From Tubiluchus corallicola (Eukaryota; Animalia; Priapulida), in contig JAQGDQ010000080.1 in NCBI GenBank assembly GCA_030141605.1, forward strand, positions 248,001 through 312,000: a DNA stretch of 64,000 bases, read 5' to 3'. The notes beneath the pieces are model-generated. The model did not search any database, was not told where the DNA came from, and was given only the letters and a program-made list of their open reading frames with translations. Positions 39,201 through 52,979 of the stretch are shown piece by piece (the stretch's first letter is position 1; each line of letters opens with the position of its first letter). The position numbers and the translations under genes were made by a program.

Positions 39201-42200
39201 ATGGCATTGCTTTTAGGGCTACGCGATTTAACTTGAATCATGTTTCTAGTCAAAACTCACATTAATTGTAACACTGCAAGACTGAATCCAGCCCTCAACT
39301 GCAAATATTTAATGGTTGTGGTGGAACCAAAAGCTTACTAATTATCAAGGATAACTTTCAAGAATGAGAATTTGAACCGGGGAGATATATCTTAACGTGG
39401 TTCAGATGTGTATGCATAGTCTAGTAAACAAACGTTTTTATGCTTTAGTGCAAGGATCTGCATTTAAATTTCTAGATTTTCACACACAAATGTAGATAGA
39501 TTCACATGAAAAGTAATATGAAAGTACCAAAAAAACAAAAACAAAACAAGCCAACAAACCTGAAAATGATAATGTCAAGCTAAGTAAACTTGCAACAAAT
39601 TTAATGACTTTCTTGAATTTTAAAAAGGTCAACAGAAGAAAAGGCGAACGAGGGGAAGAGAAGAGACGAGAAGAAAAGGAGATTAGAGGAGAGGAAAAAA
39701 GAAAAGAAGAGAAGGGAAGGAAAGAGAAGAGAGAAAAGAAGAGAAGAGAAAAAAAGAATCATTTTTTCAGTCGCGTTCTTTTTCCAAGCGGGCACAAATC
39801 CTCTCGTGACGCGTCAGACTAAAAGAGTGCTAACAATACTTTCTATTTGTGGTTACAATGTTTCGGGTAATTTGCCTAAATATTAAAATTCTGTTCGTTT
39901 TACCCCAAACAGTTAAGAATATTTAAAAAGCACAGTCGTTTTTATAGAATTATCCCAGAATAGGGCAGTCAAGGAAATTTTAGATGAATCAATAAAAAAT
40001 GGTGCTCCGGTGATCACTGATTAACAAACCTATACTTTCTTTTAAGAATTGCAATTCAATCACACAGGTTTTATACTTACCAATAAGAGAGAATGGATTA
40101 ATGAATGTAGATATTATGAAGTCTGCAGTCGTCAAATTTACTATTAGCATATTTGCAGGTGTTCGCAGTTTCTTTGAAGAATAAACTGCTGCAATAATCT
40201 GAAACAATTTCACACACAGCATTAATACAATGTTTTATAGAACAACATGCGCAAGTAATTAATACTACTGTCTTTATTTTTCATTTTGCGCGTTGCTAGC
40301 GACAAAATTTTTCATATACGAATTGCAGGATTGCACGGTACCACGGAGCCCCTAAAGAGACATAGATTACTAATTCAGGGGAACGAGTTAGCAACATAGA
40401 GGAATGAGTTAGTAACACTCATATGAGTTAGTAATTTTCTTATGTCCCTTTAGGGGCTCCGTAGGATTGGAAAATATTGGCTTCAAGATTTAAAGCAATA
40501 TTGCTTTGCTAGTTCAACTTAAGAAAAAACAACAGATTATTATACCAAGACATATTTGCAAAATATTCAAAGTGAATGGTTGACAGCTTGCGTCCCAATT
40601 TAGCTTACACACACGTCGAAAAGACGTTAGGTAATTTTAATTAAAAGGCATACAAAAACCAACGGGGCGATAAATGCAACTTTTCAGGATTGGCAGTACA
40701 GGTAGTATAGATAATAACTTCGAATTGGCTGTTCATTTCCTGTAGTTTTCTAATGTAAGTTTTTTTTCTAATAAACAATATTTTTTGCCCTTCTATCAGT
40801 CTGAGTGACAATGAAGAAGTTACCGAATTTTTGGAATCTAATTGCATTCGTTTGTATTGATACAACAGATCAATATTTTGATGCACTTTACTATTTTAAG
40901 CAAACAAGTGACATAAGCATTTGCTATAACTAAATTCGCCCACAAAGTGCAATAGGCACAATTGTTTATTTTTTGTCACTCAAAAGAGGAGAATTTCGGC
41001 TATAAGTTTATTTCAGATTACAGAATTTTATAAGCGTTACACTAAATATACACTGTTTTCTTTATTAAGTTATATTACGAATATTACGTTATATTACTTT
41101 ATTGCGAAATGACCTCCTCGGGAACATGACTTTCGGCATCTCGTAGGCATGAGTCTGGCATTCCACAAATGACTGCCCATTTGTGATAAGAGTGGGACTT
41201 CCAGGGAGTATGCCCTAAAATAGGTATCCCGTTACATAATTTTGTCGTAGACGTTTGTAGTGTATTGCGGGTTTGTCATTTGACAGTTAAGCAGATTATT
41301 TTGTTTGTGATGGGTTGGTCGAAAATCATATTCCTGACAAGGAGGTCATTTCGACTATTATATGGTGTCCAACAATGAGTACCAGCCGTTGGAGTGTCGT
41401 AATAATGCGCTATTAGCCTGGCATAATCACACAGCTTATAGGTGCGTAAAAGCAGGATTTGCATTAGTACTGCACTTTTTAGACTTCCATATGCAGATGC
41501 TTTTCACCACTCTGCATGTACGAATCAGACACGTTAATTCACTTAACTCAAACATTAGCAGTACCTAAACGCTGTTAATTGGCTTTGATTTGCCTTAGAA
41601 ATTTAGAACCTTTTGCTTTTCCGCGACAGTGTGTAAAGCCTAAAGAGTGAGAAACATTTTAGAATTCTGATGAAGTGTCTTACAGCCGATTAGACATCGA
41701 TATTTTTGCTTATCGTTTGCGACTTAACATTCAAACAGCGTGAACCCGTAGAAATATACAACTTGAGCACGTGATCACTTGCACGACTAATTACAATTTT
41801 GCAGGGAAGCTTTACTTATAAAAAATTTAAAATAAATTGAGTTGTTGAATGAGAAGTATGTCAAATAAGGTAGCTACAGGGCTTTTCTGAAACACTCATT
41901 TGATTTTCTCCCTAACAGATGCTCTTACGGTAACAGTACTGTGTCGCTTTAGAAGCAATCTCGATTGAAATGAATGCTTGCTTCATTCGAGAATTGATTT
42001 TATAGCTTAATATTATCCGTGGTTGACTCCTTTCACGCTAATATTACGCAGTTGTGATTTTATCTAGGCATCCTTAGAGAGTATGAGACTTTAGTAACCA
42101 CCAAAGTCATCACTGACACAAAACATCATAAAATTAGTAAAACTCCACGACTTTCAGTCTAGTATACTTCGTGGCAACGGTTTTTAATCGTAATCTTGGA

Positions 42201-42258
42201 AATAATAATAATGATGATGACGATGATCATGACGACGGTAATGATGATGGTGATGATA

Positions 42259-42357
<99 letters not shown>

Positions 42358-45300
42358 TTGATGATGATGATGATTAATGAGCACTTTATTTATAAAATGC
42401 TGAGCTCTAATTTTAGAATTAAGTATGTCTATTATAGACCAGTTATGCTCAGAGACGATGGTACTACATGCTGATAGAGCCCTATCTACGATCAGGAGCA
42501 TCATAGGTGCTGAAAGCGTTAATTCTCTTTATCCACTCCCATGCCTAATCTAGATTCAGAAACTAATACTAGGATTGGCATTCGATAAACATGTATGATT
42601 CACATAATATTATAGTCTAACCGTTTATAACCAATAGCATAACGAAACAACAAAAACCTGAAGGTTTAAAAAATTTGTGCGGCTCTGAAGTCCGTGTGTC
42701 TGAAGTCCGGCTCTGAGAGTAACTGAAGTCTGAAATCATTAGACAAGTTGAGTGGAAAAACATGTTTTTGGTGATAGAAATTTATACAAAATTTTGTGGA
42801 GAATAAGATGTTGTCACGTTGTTGTAATCGTATTGTTAGGAAGTGCTGTTGTCGTACCGTCAAGTCGTTGGAAGTTAGATCCACATTTGGAGTGGCGAGG
42901 CACACCAGTACGATTCATCATCACAGAGACTGTAACCTGCACAGTTTGATGCCAAGTAATTTGAATAGACGCGGAGCGGCAACCTTATCATAGAGACGCC
43001 CTATATTTTAAGTGGTAGGCCTACACAACGTACGTTTTAAGTTTAGATCGACTGCGACCCGACGACGCGACGACTTACGACAGCTGACAGTAGACAATCG
43101 TAGACATACGCGTCGACCTAAGCATATAAGAATGAAAAAATCTTTGACCAGACCACAATCATCGGCGAAGAATGCACAGGTTGCTGGGATGGAATGGGCG
43201 GATATGGTATACTGCGAGGAGAACACGAGCATCTGGAACTGAGTTGCGTCGTAAGCTTGCTTATGTCGACTGGATATAATAGTTGAACAATTGAGTGAAC
43301 AAAAACATGAGTGAATTAAACGTCGTTCAAGGGCAAGCGTTCTGGAAAACGCATAAAAAACTTTTTGGTGAAAAGTCAGATGTAAGAATTGAGACATTAA
43401 AACACCAAAACAAATACTGTATAGAAGACAGCGAACAATGCGACGCCCTATATCAGTGGTTCCCAAACTTTCTGGGACCGTTACCCAAATCGGGAAACCC
43501 GGTCGTCTCCATTACCCCCCACCTAGTACTACTTCTCCAACTCAAAAAGTAAACACACGTATATGCCACAAGCAAGCAAAATTATTTATGTTTGCTCGTG
43601 ACATAAATAAATTTCCAGGTGGTGTTGTTGTATTGTTGCCAAAACAAGAATTACAATTATGACACAGTGTTGCCTGCAGTCTCTTCAAAAAGAAAACTAC
43701 GTAAAATGCATTCCGAGCGAAGTTTTAAAAATTTTCAGAGGGGTGCCCGTTACCCCCCCAAAAAAACCATATTACCCCCAGGGGGTAATTTACCCCTAGT
43801 TTGGGAACCACTGCCCTATATCAAACTTTTTTCAGAGGTGCACATTTAAATGAATCCACCTTTGACAATCAACGGCTACAGGAAGTGCAGAATTTTGCCC
43901 AGCAACAATGTCCACAAACTGCTCAATGTGCGTGGTTCGGCGAAGAGTTTACAATGGCAGAACTTACACAGGCAACTAGGACTAGATAAATAATTAATGT
44001 TTGATGTTATGTTAATGTTAATTGATGTTCTGTACGACATAGTGAAAACAGTCACAGGAGTATCTTATAATCCGCCTAAAGAGAACTAGAAATAATATGC
44101 GGTTTCCCGCCTCTTGATGTACAATATTCTGCTTTCGTAATTTCTTGATGAAAATTCTAGGTCAACCAGAACGCGATTTAGCCAGGTGTGAGGTAGGGAA
44201 GATTGACACTTCGTTAATTAACGGCCAAGCAGCTAACCACTTCATAGCAAATTATGTCGTAAAAAGCAAAATCATTTCTAAAAATCACTAAAGCTATTGA
44301 AATTCCACGTAACCAAAAATTGGTTGATGCCTGTGTTAATCCACTAAACGTCAAATAGAGTAAGTCAGAAGTTAATAAATTTGTGGAAGCTCTGTGTCAC
44401 AGAAAATTGCACCATGGTAATCAGTTAGCTGGTCTGCCACGGAAAACGGTCCCAATTTTCACCGCCCCTTTAATGTTATCGCTAGGAAAGTATGACAGAC
44501 TTATCGAAACAAGTGCATTTAGTTTACTACTTGGCAGAGGCTATAATGCTTTTAAATATAGTATTGGGGTTGGTGATAATGCAATGTGTCAATCTAATAA
44601 TGACTGTCAAACGCCACACCATTTAATGTTTGATTGTACTTGTATAAATAATAATAATAGTAGAGAATTGCTTAAAATGAAAATAGACATAATGGATATA
44701 AATACAATATATAGAAATCAAGATGAGTCTACTCATAAGTTGTACGTCAGTATCATACGGGAACTAGTTCATAATGATACACAATTGAGCAAACCAGTTG
44801 ATTTATACTTGAAAATAATTAAGTCTAATGGAAAACTGATAATAATTGTAGCAGTTTACTTTTACAAATTTAATCCTAGCATCGTACAATTTACATTATT
44901 AATTTGGTTTTAAATTTTAAATAAAGTTCATAATATTTATTTTATATACATTCTTATCAGGTGCTGCAATGAACAGTACACATTTGAGAATAATAATTGA
45001 AAAATGCAGATAACTTTATGTACATTATCGTATATATGTAAGTAACTGTGGTAACTATAGCTGTATTTTATATATTATATATGAAGTGTATTTAATATTT
45101 TATATATTATATATGAAGTGTAAAAAATGTATTGTACTTCTGCAAATTGAGAATAAATCAGATTTATTATTATGGATATAATACGTACTCGGAACTAGCT
45201 CGCAGTTGCTGCCCTTTAGAGATAAGGCTAGTCAATTTTCATAGCGCTAGCATGGGATGCATCATTCGGTTGTGGTATGTAGTTAAACAAATAGTTACCC

Positions 45301-46158
45301 CTTTTAGTCAGGGTTTCTACTGTGAATTATTTGTCAATTTATTTGTTGCTAATTTATGAGTTTCTAGGTACGGAAAGTCTTTGCTTTAAGGTGTATTGTT
45401 TTTCTCGTAAACGAGTCAATATGCTAAAAGGTAATGTCGTTTTGTTTGTTCAAAAGCAGTTAAATCAGTGTTTGAGTGTTGGTACTGCCAGTTTCTTGTT
45501 GTTTAATAATTATTTTTGTATAATACTGTTTGTTATTTGTTCATTAGGTACTGTTGCATTGTGATTTACATTACTGCCACGAGAGGAACACCTACATATC
45601 CAAGCAAATTATATTACACGTGCCATAACAAAACCACTCCGCAACGACATTAGTAGATTGACTGTAAGCTCGAGAACGTCTGAAAATGACGGGTAGATGA
45701 CATGACCCCCTTTTCCATTCGCTCGGTTAAGCCAAATCGTCATCCAGTGACTACCAGCGATCAAGTAGCGTACTAATCCTCAGTACGGTTGGTAGGTAAG
45801 TGAGTAGACGAAGAAGTAGAAAGGACCGGAGATGAATGAATAGACAGACAGCTAACACAAAAGTTTCTTAGCCAAACTTCACAAACAAAAGATGTTTGTT
45901 CGTCATCTACTACATTAAAACGGTTTGGCTTGTTTCTTGTTTTTAGGTGAGTAACAATTATAATAAATTATAATATTATATTACCATTACGTTCCCAAAA
46001 GTTCCTAAAACAATCATTACTGTGAGCATAACTATAAGACATCCTGTCAGTACTGGGTGCTCCTCAAAAGGGTCAATGAAGTCAAGTTGTGAATCACTTG
46101 ATGTGTCATTGCGTGGGATGGTATGCTTGTGTTCCATTGGCGACCCAAACAATTCCAT
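26504..46158 (-). CDS. Class A (rhodopsin-family) GPCR, melatonin-receptor-like orphan, paralogue B; join(45985-46158, 40081-40198, 30624-30744, 28683-28946, 26504-26924), 1098 nt, 365 aa
   Basis: GT-AG introns with phases 0,1,2,2 give an open frame. Seven hydrophobic segments carry GN (TM1), NLxxAD (TM2), C and NRY (TM3), W/LP (TM4), an ECL2 Cys, P and CY (TM5), FxxxW (TM6), NSxxNxxxY and helix 8 FR. Confidence 0.93.
28683..28946 (-). CDS. GPCR B coding exon 4 (TM4, ECL2, TM5)
   Basis: YVALCKH...IWVLSLLVDLPT...AMICLYDR...IPGIVIFICYLKIF; ttcttgcag and |gtaagt; 264 nt. Confidence 0.93.
30624..30744 (-). CDS. GPCR B coding exon 3 (ECL1 and TM3), not in the ORF track
   Basis: GVINGYEFFYYQSKLCSAIAVFCLTSCVSSCFTITAIAINR; ttacag and AG|gtaaga; 121 nt, the same as paralogue A. 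Confidence 0.93.
31750..32390 (+). mobile_element. CR1-clade LINE 3' fragment
   Basis: FQYVNSKR, YKSFV*PLLE..PVWSPH, LETRR and LKGHSYKLYK...FKYSFANRVIDMWNSLP. Confidence 0.8.
33156..33257. repeat. (GA)n microsatellite with a G run
   Basis: Directly visible. Confidence 0.97.
33845..34020 (+). mobile_element. Possible degenerate tRNA-derived SINE
   Basis: A-box-like TGGTCAAGTGG, weak B-box, SINE-like length; no tRNA cloverleaf. Confidence 0.25.
34100..34800 (+). mobile_element. Degenerate L2/CR1-group RT fragment
   Basis: SQG, FLLYIND, LFAVDTN, DGEKIEQV, FLGV, LYISLV.PY..YCNIVWGS, LQK. Confidence 0.75.
39635..39756. repeat. Degenerate (GAGAA)n polypurine tract
   Basis: Directly visible. Confidence 0.85.
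40081..40198 (-). CDS. GPCR B coding exon 2 (ICL1 and TM2)
   Basis: IIAAVYSSKKLRTPANMLIVNLTTADFIISTFINPFSLI; tttcag and G|gtaagt; 118 nt. Confidence 0.93.
40342..40463. mobile_element. Miniature inverted-repeat element, 122 bp
   Basis: TIR ACGGAGCCCCTAAAG(A/G)GACATA; three internal GAGTTAG(T/C)AA repeats. Confidence 0.8.
42201..42374. repeat. (GAT)n microsatellite
   Basis: Directly visible. Confidence 0.98.
43270..44935 (+). mobile_element. Fragmented non-LTR retrotransposon (pre-RT linker and C-terminal zinc-knuckle region)
   Basis: AFWKTHKKLF...QCDALYQTFF...EEFTMAEL; later YNAFKYSIG...MCQ...QTPHHLMFDC; AATAAA near 44920. Confidence 0.6.
43454..43813. mobile_element. hAT (Charlie-like) MITE, 360 bp, with perfect 8-bp TSD
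   Basis: TIR CAGTGGTTCCCAAACT; TSD CCCTATAT at 43446-43453 and 43814-43821; TTACCCCC subterminal motifs. Confidence 0.93.
45985..46158 (-). CDS. GPCR B coding exon 1 (N-terminus and TM1)
   Basis: MELFGSP...DPFEEHP...LGTFGNVM; NDT sequon; donor ATG|gtaata; acceptor tttcctttcag 9 nt upstream of the ATG. Confidence 0.92.
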
Positions 46159-46862
46159 CTTGCTTTACTGAAAGGAAATGAAGAAAGTTGAAAAAAATTG
46201 TTAACTAGCCAAGACCATTAACCAAGACGAACAGCCATACGGTAAACACTCTTCCTTAATGTTATATCATCATTACATTTCTTTAACGTAGTCAGAGTCT
46301 GTTACTGGGTTTCTAGTATATGTTATTCGTGTTGTAGTAATTAAGTCATGCTTAAAATTGGCTTGAGAAAAACTGTACACAATGTAAATTATAATATTAT
46401 GAGTAAAAGGTTGCACATGTTACATTATTGCGATTGTAACATCATAATTAAAATTTTCGAAATATCAAATGTTGCCAAGAAGTTACGGTTTTGTTCTATA
46501 CTTGTTGCAGGAGTATCACAAAAATAACATCCGCCGGTTATTTTTACGCCGGTTAGGATGTTGGATGCAAAACCGACCAGTTAGATCAGGTAGGCCCTTT
46601 TCAAAAGACTTTTTTCAAAATGAAATATTTTCCTGAATAAAGGTAAATACGTGTTCACGTCGAGAATCGAGAGTCGAGAGCGGAGCAACGGTCCCTGGCT
46701 CACTATCAAGTTAAGCTCATAATAAGACCTTCTCGACTAGCAGAGCATTTTAGCTGATGTCTTGCCTTTATGAGAGATAAATAGACAGAATCAGCCCAGC
46801 AAATGAAATCGTCCAGTGTAGGTATTGGAGGCGGTGATTTTACTTGGTCTTATTTTACTTAA

Positions 46863-47466
46863 AGGAACACAGGATGATTTTTCATATACTACCATTTTCA
46901 AGTGCGGAAAAAAGTTAGCACCAATAATATTGGAAAAGCGTCACTGATAACTAAATAATAGATTAAAATCTTAATTAACGGCGGGCGAGCCCAACTATTG
47001 ATGACATCATAAACGAACATAAATTTCAACAGCAAAAATATTCCATGGGCTTGTTGCACGTGTTTGGGAAAGCGAAGATTAAAGCACTTTGATACTGTAA
47101 GAGATTCAGTGTGTTGTAATAAAACTCGACAAGTTTTCAGATAGAAATTCAAATTTCAAATTTACCGCTGTGCCCATGCATGAGCTGTCGAACGTGTACA
47201 GTACGTTAGAAACGAACGCCTCTGAAATGAGAGCTACAGCACCTGTTTTTTTGTGCATCGCGTTTCCGAAATGCAGGCGCTAGTACCCGTCTAACTAGCG
47301 AATGGCGAAAGGTATGTAATAGCGAAGAACTAATAGCGCGAATTCCGTTTATGTGGTAATAATTCTTTCACGTAAGTCGTTCTGAAAAATATTAGTATTT
47401 TTGCTTTCAATATTTTATAGAGTAGATTGTTTTGACCTACAGTTTAAGATTGGGTCCGTATTTTCC
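46863..47466 (+). mobile_element. TTAA-flanked MITE family Y (Kolobok- or piggyBac-type target), copy upstream of the GPCR B ATG exon
   Basis: TTAA at 46859-46862 and 47467-47470; purine-starting imperfect TIRs; shared core TTCAAATTTCAAATTTACCGCT. Confidence 0.85.
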
Positions 47467-47479
47467 TTAACTTTTTTAA

Positions 47480-47890
47480 TCTTACCTTATTTTTCTTGGC
47501 TTTACCAGACGTTATCTTGTCTTACTTTTCTTGTTTCGCCTTACTTTATGTTGCCTTACCTTTCCTTACCATATATTACCTTATCTTACCATACCATACC
47601 ATACCATACCATACCATACCATACCGTACCGTACCGTACCATAAGGTACCATACCACACCACACCACACCATACCATACCATGCCTTATCATACCTTATC
47701 CTACCTTATGTTGCCTTACCTAGCCTTACCTTATCTTACTTTACCATACCTTACCTTATCTTGCCTTACCTCACCTTACCTTACCTTACTTTATTTTACC
47801 TTACCTTACTATGTTCTAGGTTACTTTACCTTATTTTACTTTATTTTACCTTAATTACATCATCTATTCACTTTACCTTTATTTACCCTA
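47480..47890. repeat. Degenerate pentanucleotide array (TACCT/TACCA/TACCG)n
   Basis: Directly visible; starts just after MITE Y. Confidence 0.93.
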
Positions 47891-48536
47891 TGTGAATTCT
47901 TTCCTGCGAAACTAATACCGCAAGGAACAATTTCAAAGTTAATTATCACATTCCACAGAAATCTAATAGGAATGTATGTATTAATTTTTTCAGCGGAAAT
48001 AAGCAATTACCCGCAAAATTTTTCTGCATTTTCATATATCAAGGTGTAATAAAATACGTAGCTAATAATGTCCCTAAAATAAATACTTTTAGAAAAACAT
48101 TAACGACAGTCTATCAGTAAGGGAAAGATATGCATGAAATAAAGTGTGTATTTTCATCGTTTCGATTTTTTTATACATTTCGGCACATCGCAAGCCGGAG
48201 CCCAGGGTTCAACGGCAGGGCTACTTATCTTGATGTTTATGGCGGACACAAAATTTACACGCAATGTAAACGCTTCAATCAGCACAATTCCTGACGCAAT
48301 TTTACAAAAATTTGAGATTTGACGAAATAAATCAAATGATTTTAAAAATCAAAATTCATTCTAAAGTGACATCCGTCAATTGGCTTTAAAGGTAACCTTA
48401 AAAAGTTACTAAACATTATTTATTTAGAGCTTTTTTGATTGATTTTGTCTAGTGTTTATGTTATTTGCTTAGCGGCCTCTTGATTTGAGACGTCTTTGAT
48501 AAGGCGCTATACGAATTTTGTTACATGTATTATAAT

Positions 48537-48893
<357 letters not shown>

Positions 48894-49493
48894 TGCAAAG
48901 CGGAGTCTACCAAAGGCTCTAGGTTCTACAAATATCTTCTCAGGATGGATGCGGAACCCAAAATGGCTTCTTTCAGTACCTCCTGCCATTTACACTCCCC
49001 TGTAATTGCTAACCTTTCCAGTGCGCTTTCTAGAATTCCCTCAACATATCCTAAGCAACCAGTTATTACCGGTAGAACACTAATGGGCTTTTCCAATATT
49101 CTTCCTAATTTAACTGCCAGATCAGTATAATATTTTTTAAATTCTCTGCGTAATTAGTACTAATAATTGCGTCCCATGGTACTGCTACATCAATTAGCCA
49201 ATACCTCTCTGTTGTCTTTCTTTTCTCTATTACAGTTATGTCAGGGCGTCTGTAGTGTATTACTTTATCCGTGAAAATGTTATAATCCCAAAGAATTTTT
49301 ACTTTTTGATTTTCTGCAACCTTGTTACTGTGATGTTACCACCAAGATGAGCTTCTAGGTAGTTCATATTTACCACACAAAGCCCAGTGTTTGGGTTTAG
49401 CTACCCGTCATGAGGTTTTTTTTTGTATTGTGTATTTGCCAAATATTCACATTTACTTAAAATGTGTCCTACTGTTTCTTCTTTCTGGCAGTG
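48894..49493 (-). mobile_element. 5'-truncated RLE-type non-LTR retrotransposon (R4/Dong/Rex6-like)
   Basis: Minus-strand translation with frameshifts: CQKEETVGHILSKC, HD, KILWDYNIFTD...RRPDI...LIDVAVPWD, VLPVITGCLG, EAILGSASILRRYL*; 3' end runs into (AAT)n. Confidence 0.85.
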
Positions 49494-52400
49494 TTATAAT
49501 GAGCCACCGAGCTATATCAACAGTTTTAAAATGCACATGCCCAATATTCAGTTCGCAAACGATGGCAAAACGCCTTCTCATAAAGCTGCACAGTTGGAAA
49601 CATTTTCCATTTTAAGGCTGGGAACTATTTTGCTGGCATTTCCCGAAACTATGCAACCGATTTTTAGGAAACTTGTGACTTAACTAGTTCGAAAAAGCCG
49701 AGTAGCATACTTTAGTTTAGCGTAGCGTACTACTTCGTTATTTTTACAACTTTCATACTAGACGTATTTTGTCTCAAACGTTGTCTTATGGATGCTATTG
49801 TTTGTGGTCGTTTAAGAGCGATGAATAATAATTCGCTGAAGGAAATGCGCTCAACTTGCTCTTACAACTTGCTCAACACAAAACACAGAAATTTTCAAAT
49901 TTAGCATCCTGTTTTTCGAAATATAAAAATCTTTACATACCTTTAGATGAATGCGAATTTACTAGTCTAGAGGCCTAACACAGGGTGCTCCGTGAATCTG
50001 TAAATGCACACAATGCTTCACATAAGGCGCACCTGCTTGGCTGTACTTCTCCCTAAAAAGATGCGCAGTAGATTTTATCTTTGCACCTGCATGGGTAATT
50101 GAGCATTATAAACTCGCAGCCTAGGATTTTTAACTGCCTATTGGGCTTCTGTTAACTTCACAATGCAGCCGAAAATGTCATTCGAGTGGAATGAAACATA
50201 TTCCGTTTAATGGAGCTTGCAAAATTTACTTGTATAGCACAGACGTGACGCAAAACTCATTCAGTAACTCGGACTAACTCCCACTCGGAGCACGACAGTA
50301 ATGACGCTTCGAAGCAAGGCATTTAAAAAGGCTCAACATAGTAAATGGACAGATAGGTAGATAGCCAGCCAGGAAGACATAAAAGGAATAGGATTCAAAA
50401 ATAGTGATAAATAGCAAAGATGAAAAAAGAAAGGGTGCAGAAAAAAGGAAGAAGAAATGAATAACAAAAAGAAATGAATATAGGAAGAAAGCAAAATGAG
50501 GAATGAGAAGGAAATGAAGAATAGCTTTGACAACCGTGTTCAATCAAGGATGCATGGTATGCATGGTTGCAGTACAAGAATCAGCTGCAGAGTATGACAT
50601 GCTTTGTAATATCTAAATGTTTAAATGATCTGTAAAGTTTTGTTCTTATTATTGCTGAAAATTTCAATGATGTAGCTCAAATGCGGACTAGGACTATTTG
50701 TGTTCACAAAATTTTTCACTAATGATAAAGACCAATATCAGAGGTGAATTAACGGTTTAGCATATTGCGTGACAGTTTTAATAGCGACAAATCTATTTTC
50801 CTGGTTATAAATTTTGACAGTCTCAGTCGACTGTATATTACCAATGGTCAACCTAGAAACTCCAAGGAAACAAACTATACCAGTGGAAACAAAATTTATG
50901 GTTCGTTCTGAATGCAAGCAGCAGTTGCTCCACTTGATGAGCTTTATGGATTTGTTTATAGAGCTGTACTGCTTTCAAATGCAATTAGTTTATTAGCTAG
51001 TTGTTCTTGTTGTTGTGTTGTTCTGTTTTCATCGTCTTCCCGATTGTTCCGCGTTATTATTACTGTAATTATTGTACCTCTCAGTCAGTTTCCGCAACGA
51101 CGTTATGCGCCCATGTGATGACGACGAAATACTAAGTTTAGCTTTATAGAGGCAACCACACTGTATACAATTATTTAAGCCCATCATGCCCAGTGTTGGG
51201 TGAATACTTATTAAAGAAGGCAAATTGTTTTATATAGTAATAGAAGTGCCAATTGTTTACGAGTTGATGTTTAAACAGAAGCCTATGGGAATAAGAACAT
51301 CTGGCAGTTATATTAACAACTAAGTTACTTCACGATATTTTCATTACAGATGTTCAGGTGGGCAATTCTGTCAATTATAGTTATGCTTCAGGTAGAAATC
51401 TTGTGAGACAACAGGTGAAGGAAAAAGCGCTTATGTCTGCTTACTGATTTACAAGCTTAGTGGCAAGATATTTCAACAAAGATGAAAATCTTGGACGTAA
51501 TCCTGTATGATAGGATCGGCAGTATTAGCGTTAAAAGCCCGGAACAGTAATTTCATAGAGGACCTGTGCATGGGTGTTTTCAAGCTCAAATTACAGGAGA
51601 CTATGATTAACATAGGCTATGAATCTCCATTAGTGAAAAACTTTTTCTGTAATTTGCGATATAGAATCACGCCAATCTTATATTGATCATTAAATGCTCT
51701 TAACCAGTCCATTCATCATCATGAACTTTTTTAACCATAAATTCGTCTTGTACATCTTTTACCTTGCAGTCAAAAAAGCGAAAAATCTGACTTTGTGTTG
51801 TACTTGAAACTGTTCTGTCTGGCCAGAACGGAGAGGGTGTTATCCTGTAACCTCTCCAGTACAACGATCCACTCAGGTTTTATGATGTAATGTAGGTACT
51901 TTGCCCCTTCCAACGATTTACCAAGCAGCGCGCAAAAAAGTGCGGTGTTCTGCCGTTAGTTGTGCCAAGCGATAACATTCATATGTAAAATAAAATTACT
52001 AGTGTAGCCAAACTCTTTATGTCTAGGTTCTGATTGGTCTCTATCTAATTGAACTTTCAATATCAATGGCATGCATGCACAACTGATATTATACAAGTTT
52101 CATGATCCATCTCGAATTACTGGCTTAGTTCAGTGATATCGAGACTGCCTACTGAATTGGTGTGCACCCATACCCATCGAACCACATTTACAAGATACTT
52201 AAATGTACTTTTACTTGTTTTACAACTCGTATACTACTTTAGAGAAGCTAAATTGTTTAGTTCCAATACTTTTCTCAAACCTTTAAGACTGCTCGTCAGT
52301 AGAACGGGCACACCACAAAAAATATGATGCTTCAATTACGTTGGTGCTCAAGATAAGTTAGTAAAACATTTTTGGCAAATGGATAATGCCAAGACCTTTG

Positions 52401-52979
52401 CGAGACAAAATATTGTACCTTTATCGTCCTAGGGCTTCACACTTTGAAAGCACCTGGCAAAAATTAATACGGGCCATAAGATGGGTTCTCGGACCTCGTT
52501 GTCACCAAGATTTTGAGACAATATGATTCTGTTCTCCTTATATGCCCAGTAATTTACTATAGCTTAAAGGAGTACTAGTTCAACATCGCTGCATTTAAGT
52601 CCAGCAAGCAGCATGATGATTTTTAGCATAATAGACTTAGAAACAAAAATCATTCGGCAAAATCCTAAGCTAGTAATATTGTTTTGTTTGCTTTGGTGAG
52701 CAAAAGTGAAGTGAATTACTTTAGGGGGATTTCAGTCAAATAATAAGCAGGAACGGGCTGATAATGTGAACAGAACGTCACTTATCCCACTGTATCTTCA
52801 ACTAGCCCTAACGAAGCTTGAAAACTTAACTTTTGGCTTCAAACTGCTGCCCATTTGTCCCAGGCTAAGAATCTTTCTTATTTTATTACATGAGTTGAAT
52901 CATTTAATTGTATGAAGGCTAGTGTATATATAAGCTCAATATTTTTTGTTGTTTTAATGAGATTTTTTAAATTTGGAAC

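Noticed and set aside
42995-43006. Extra GACGCCCTATAT matching the hAT target site as a larger TSD
   Set aside because: The MITE already has both TSD copies, and no element ends correspond to this one; likely chance
48185-48230. tRNA gene suggested by a GGTTCAA B-box-like motif
   Set aside because: No acceptor stem or cloverleaf could be formed; at most a SINE remnant
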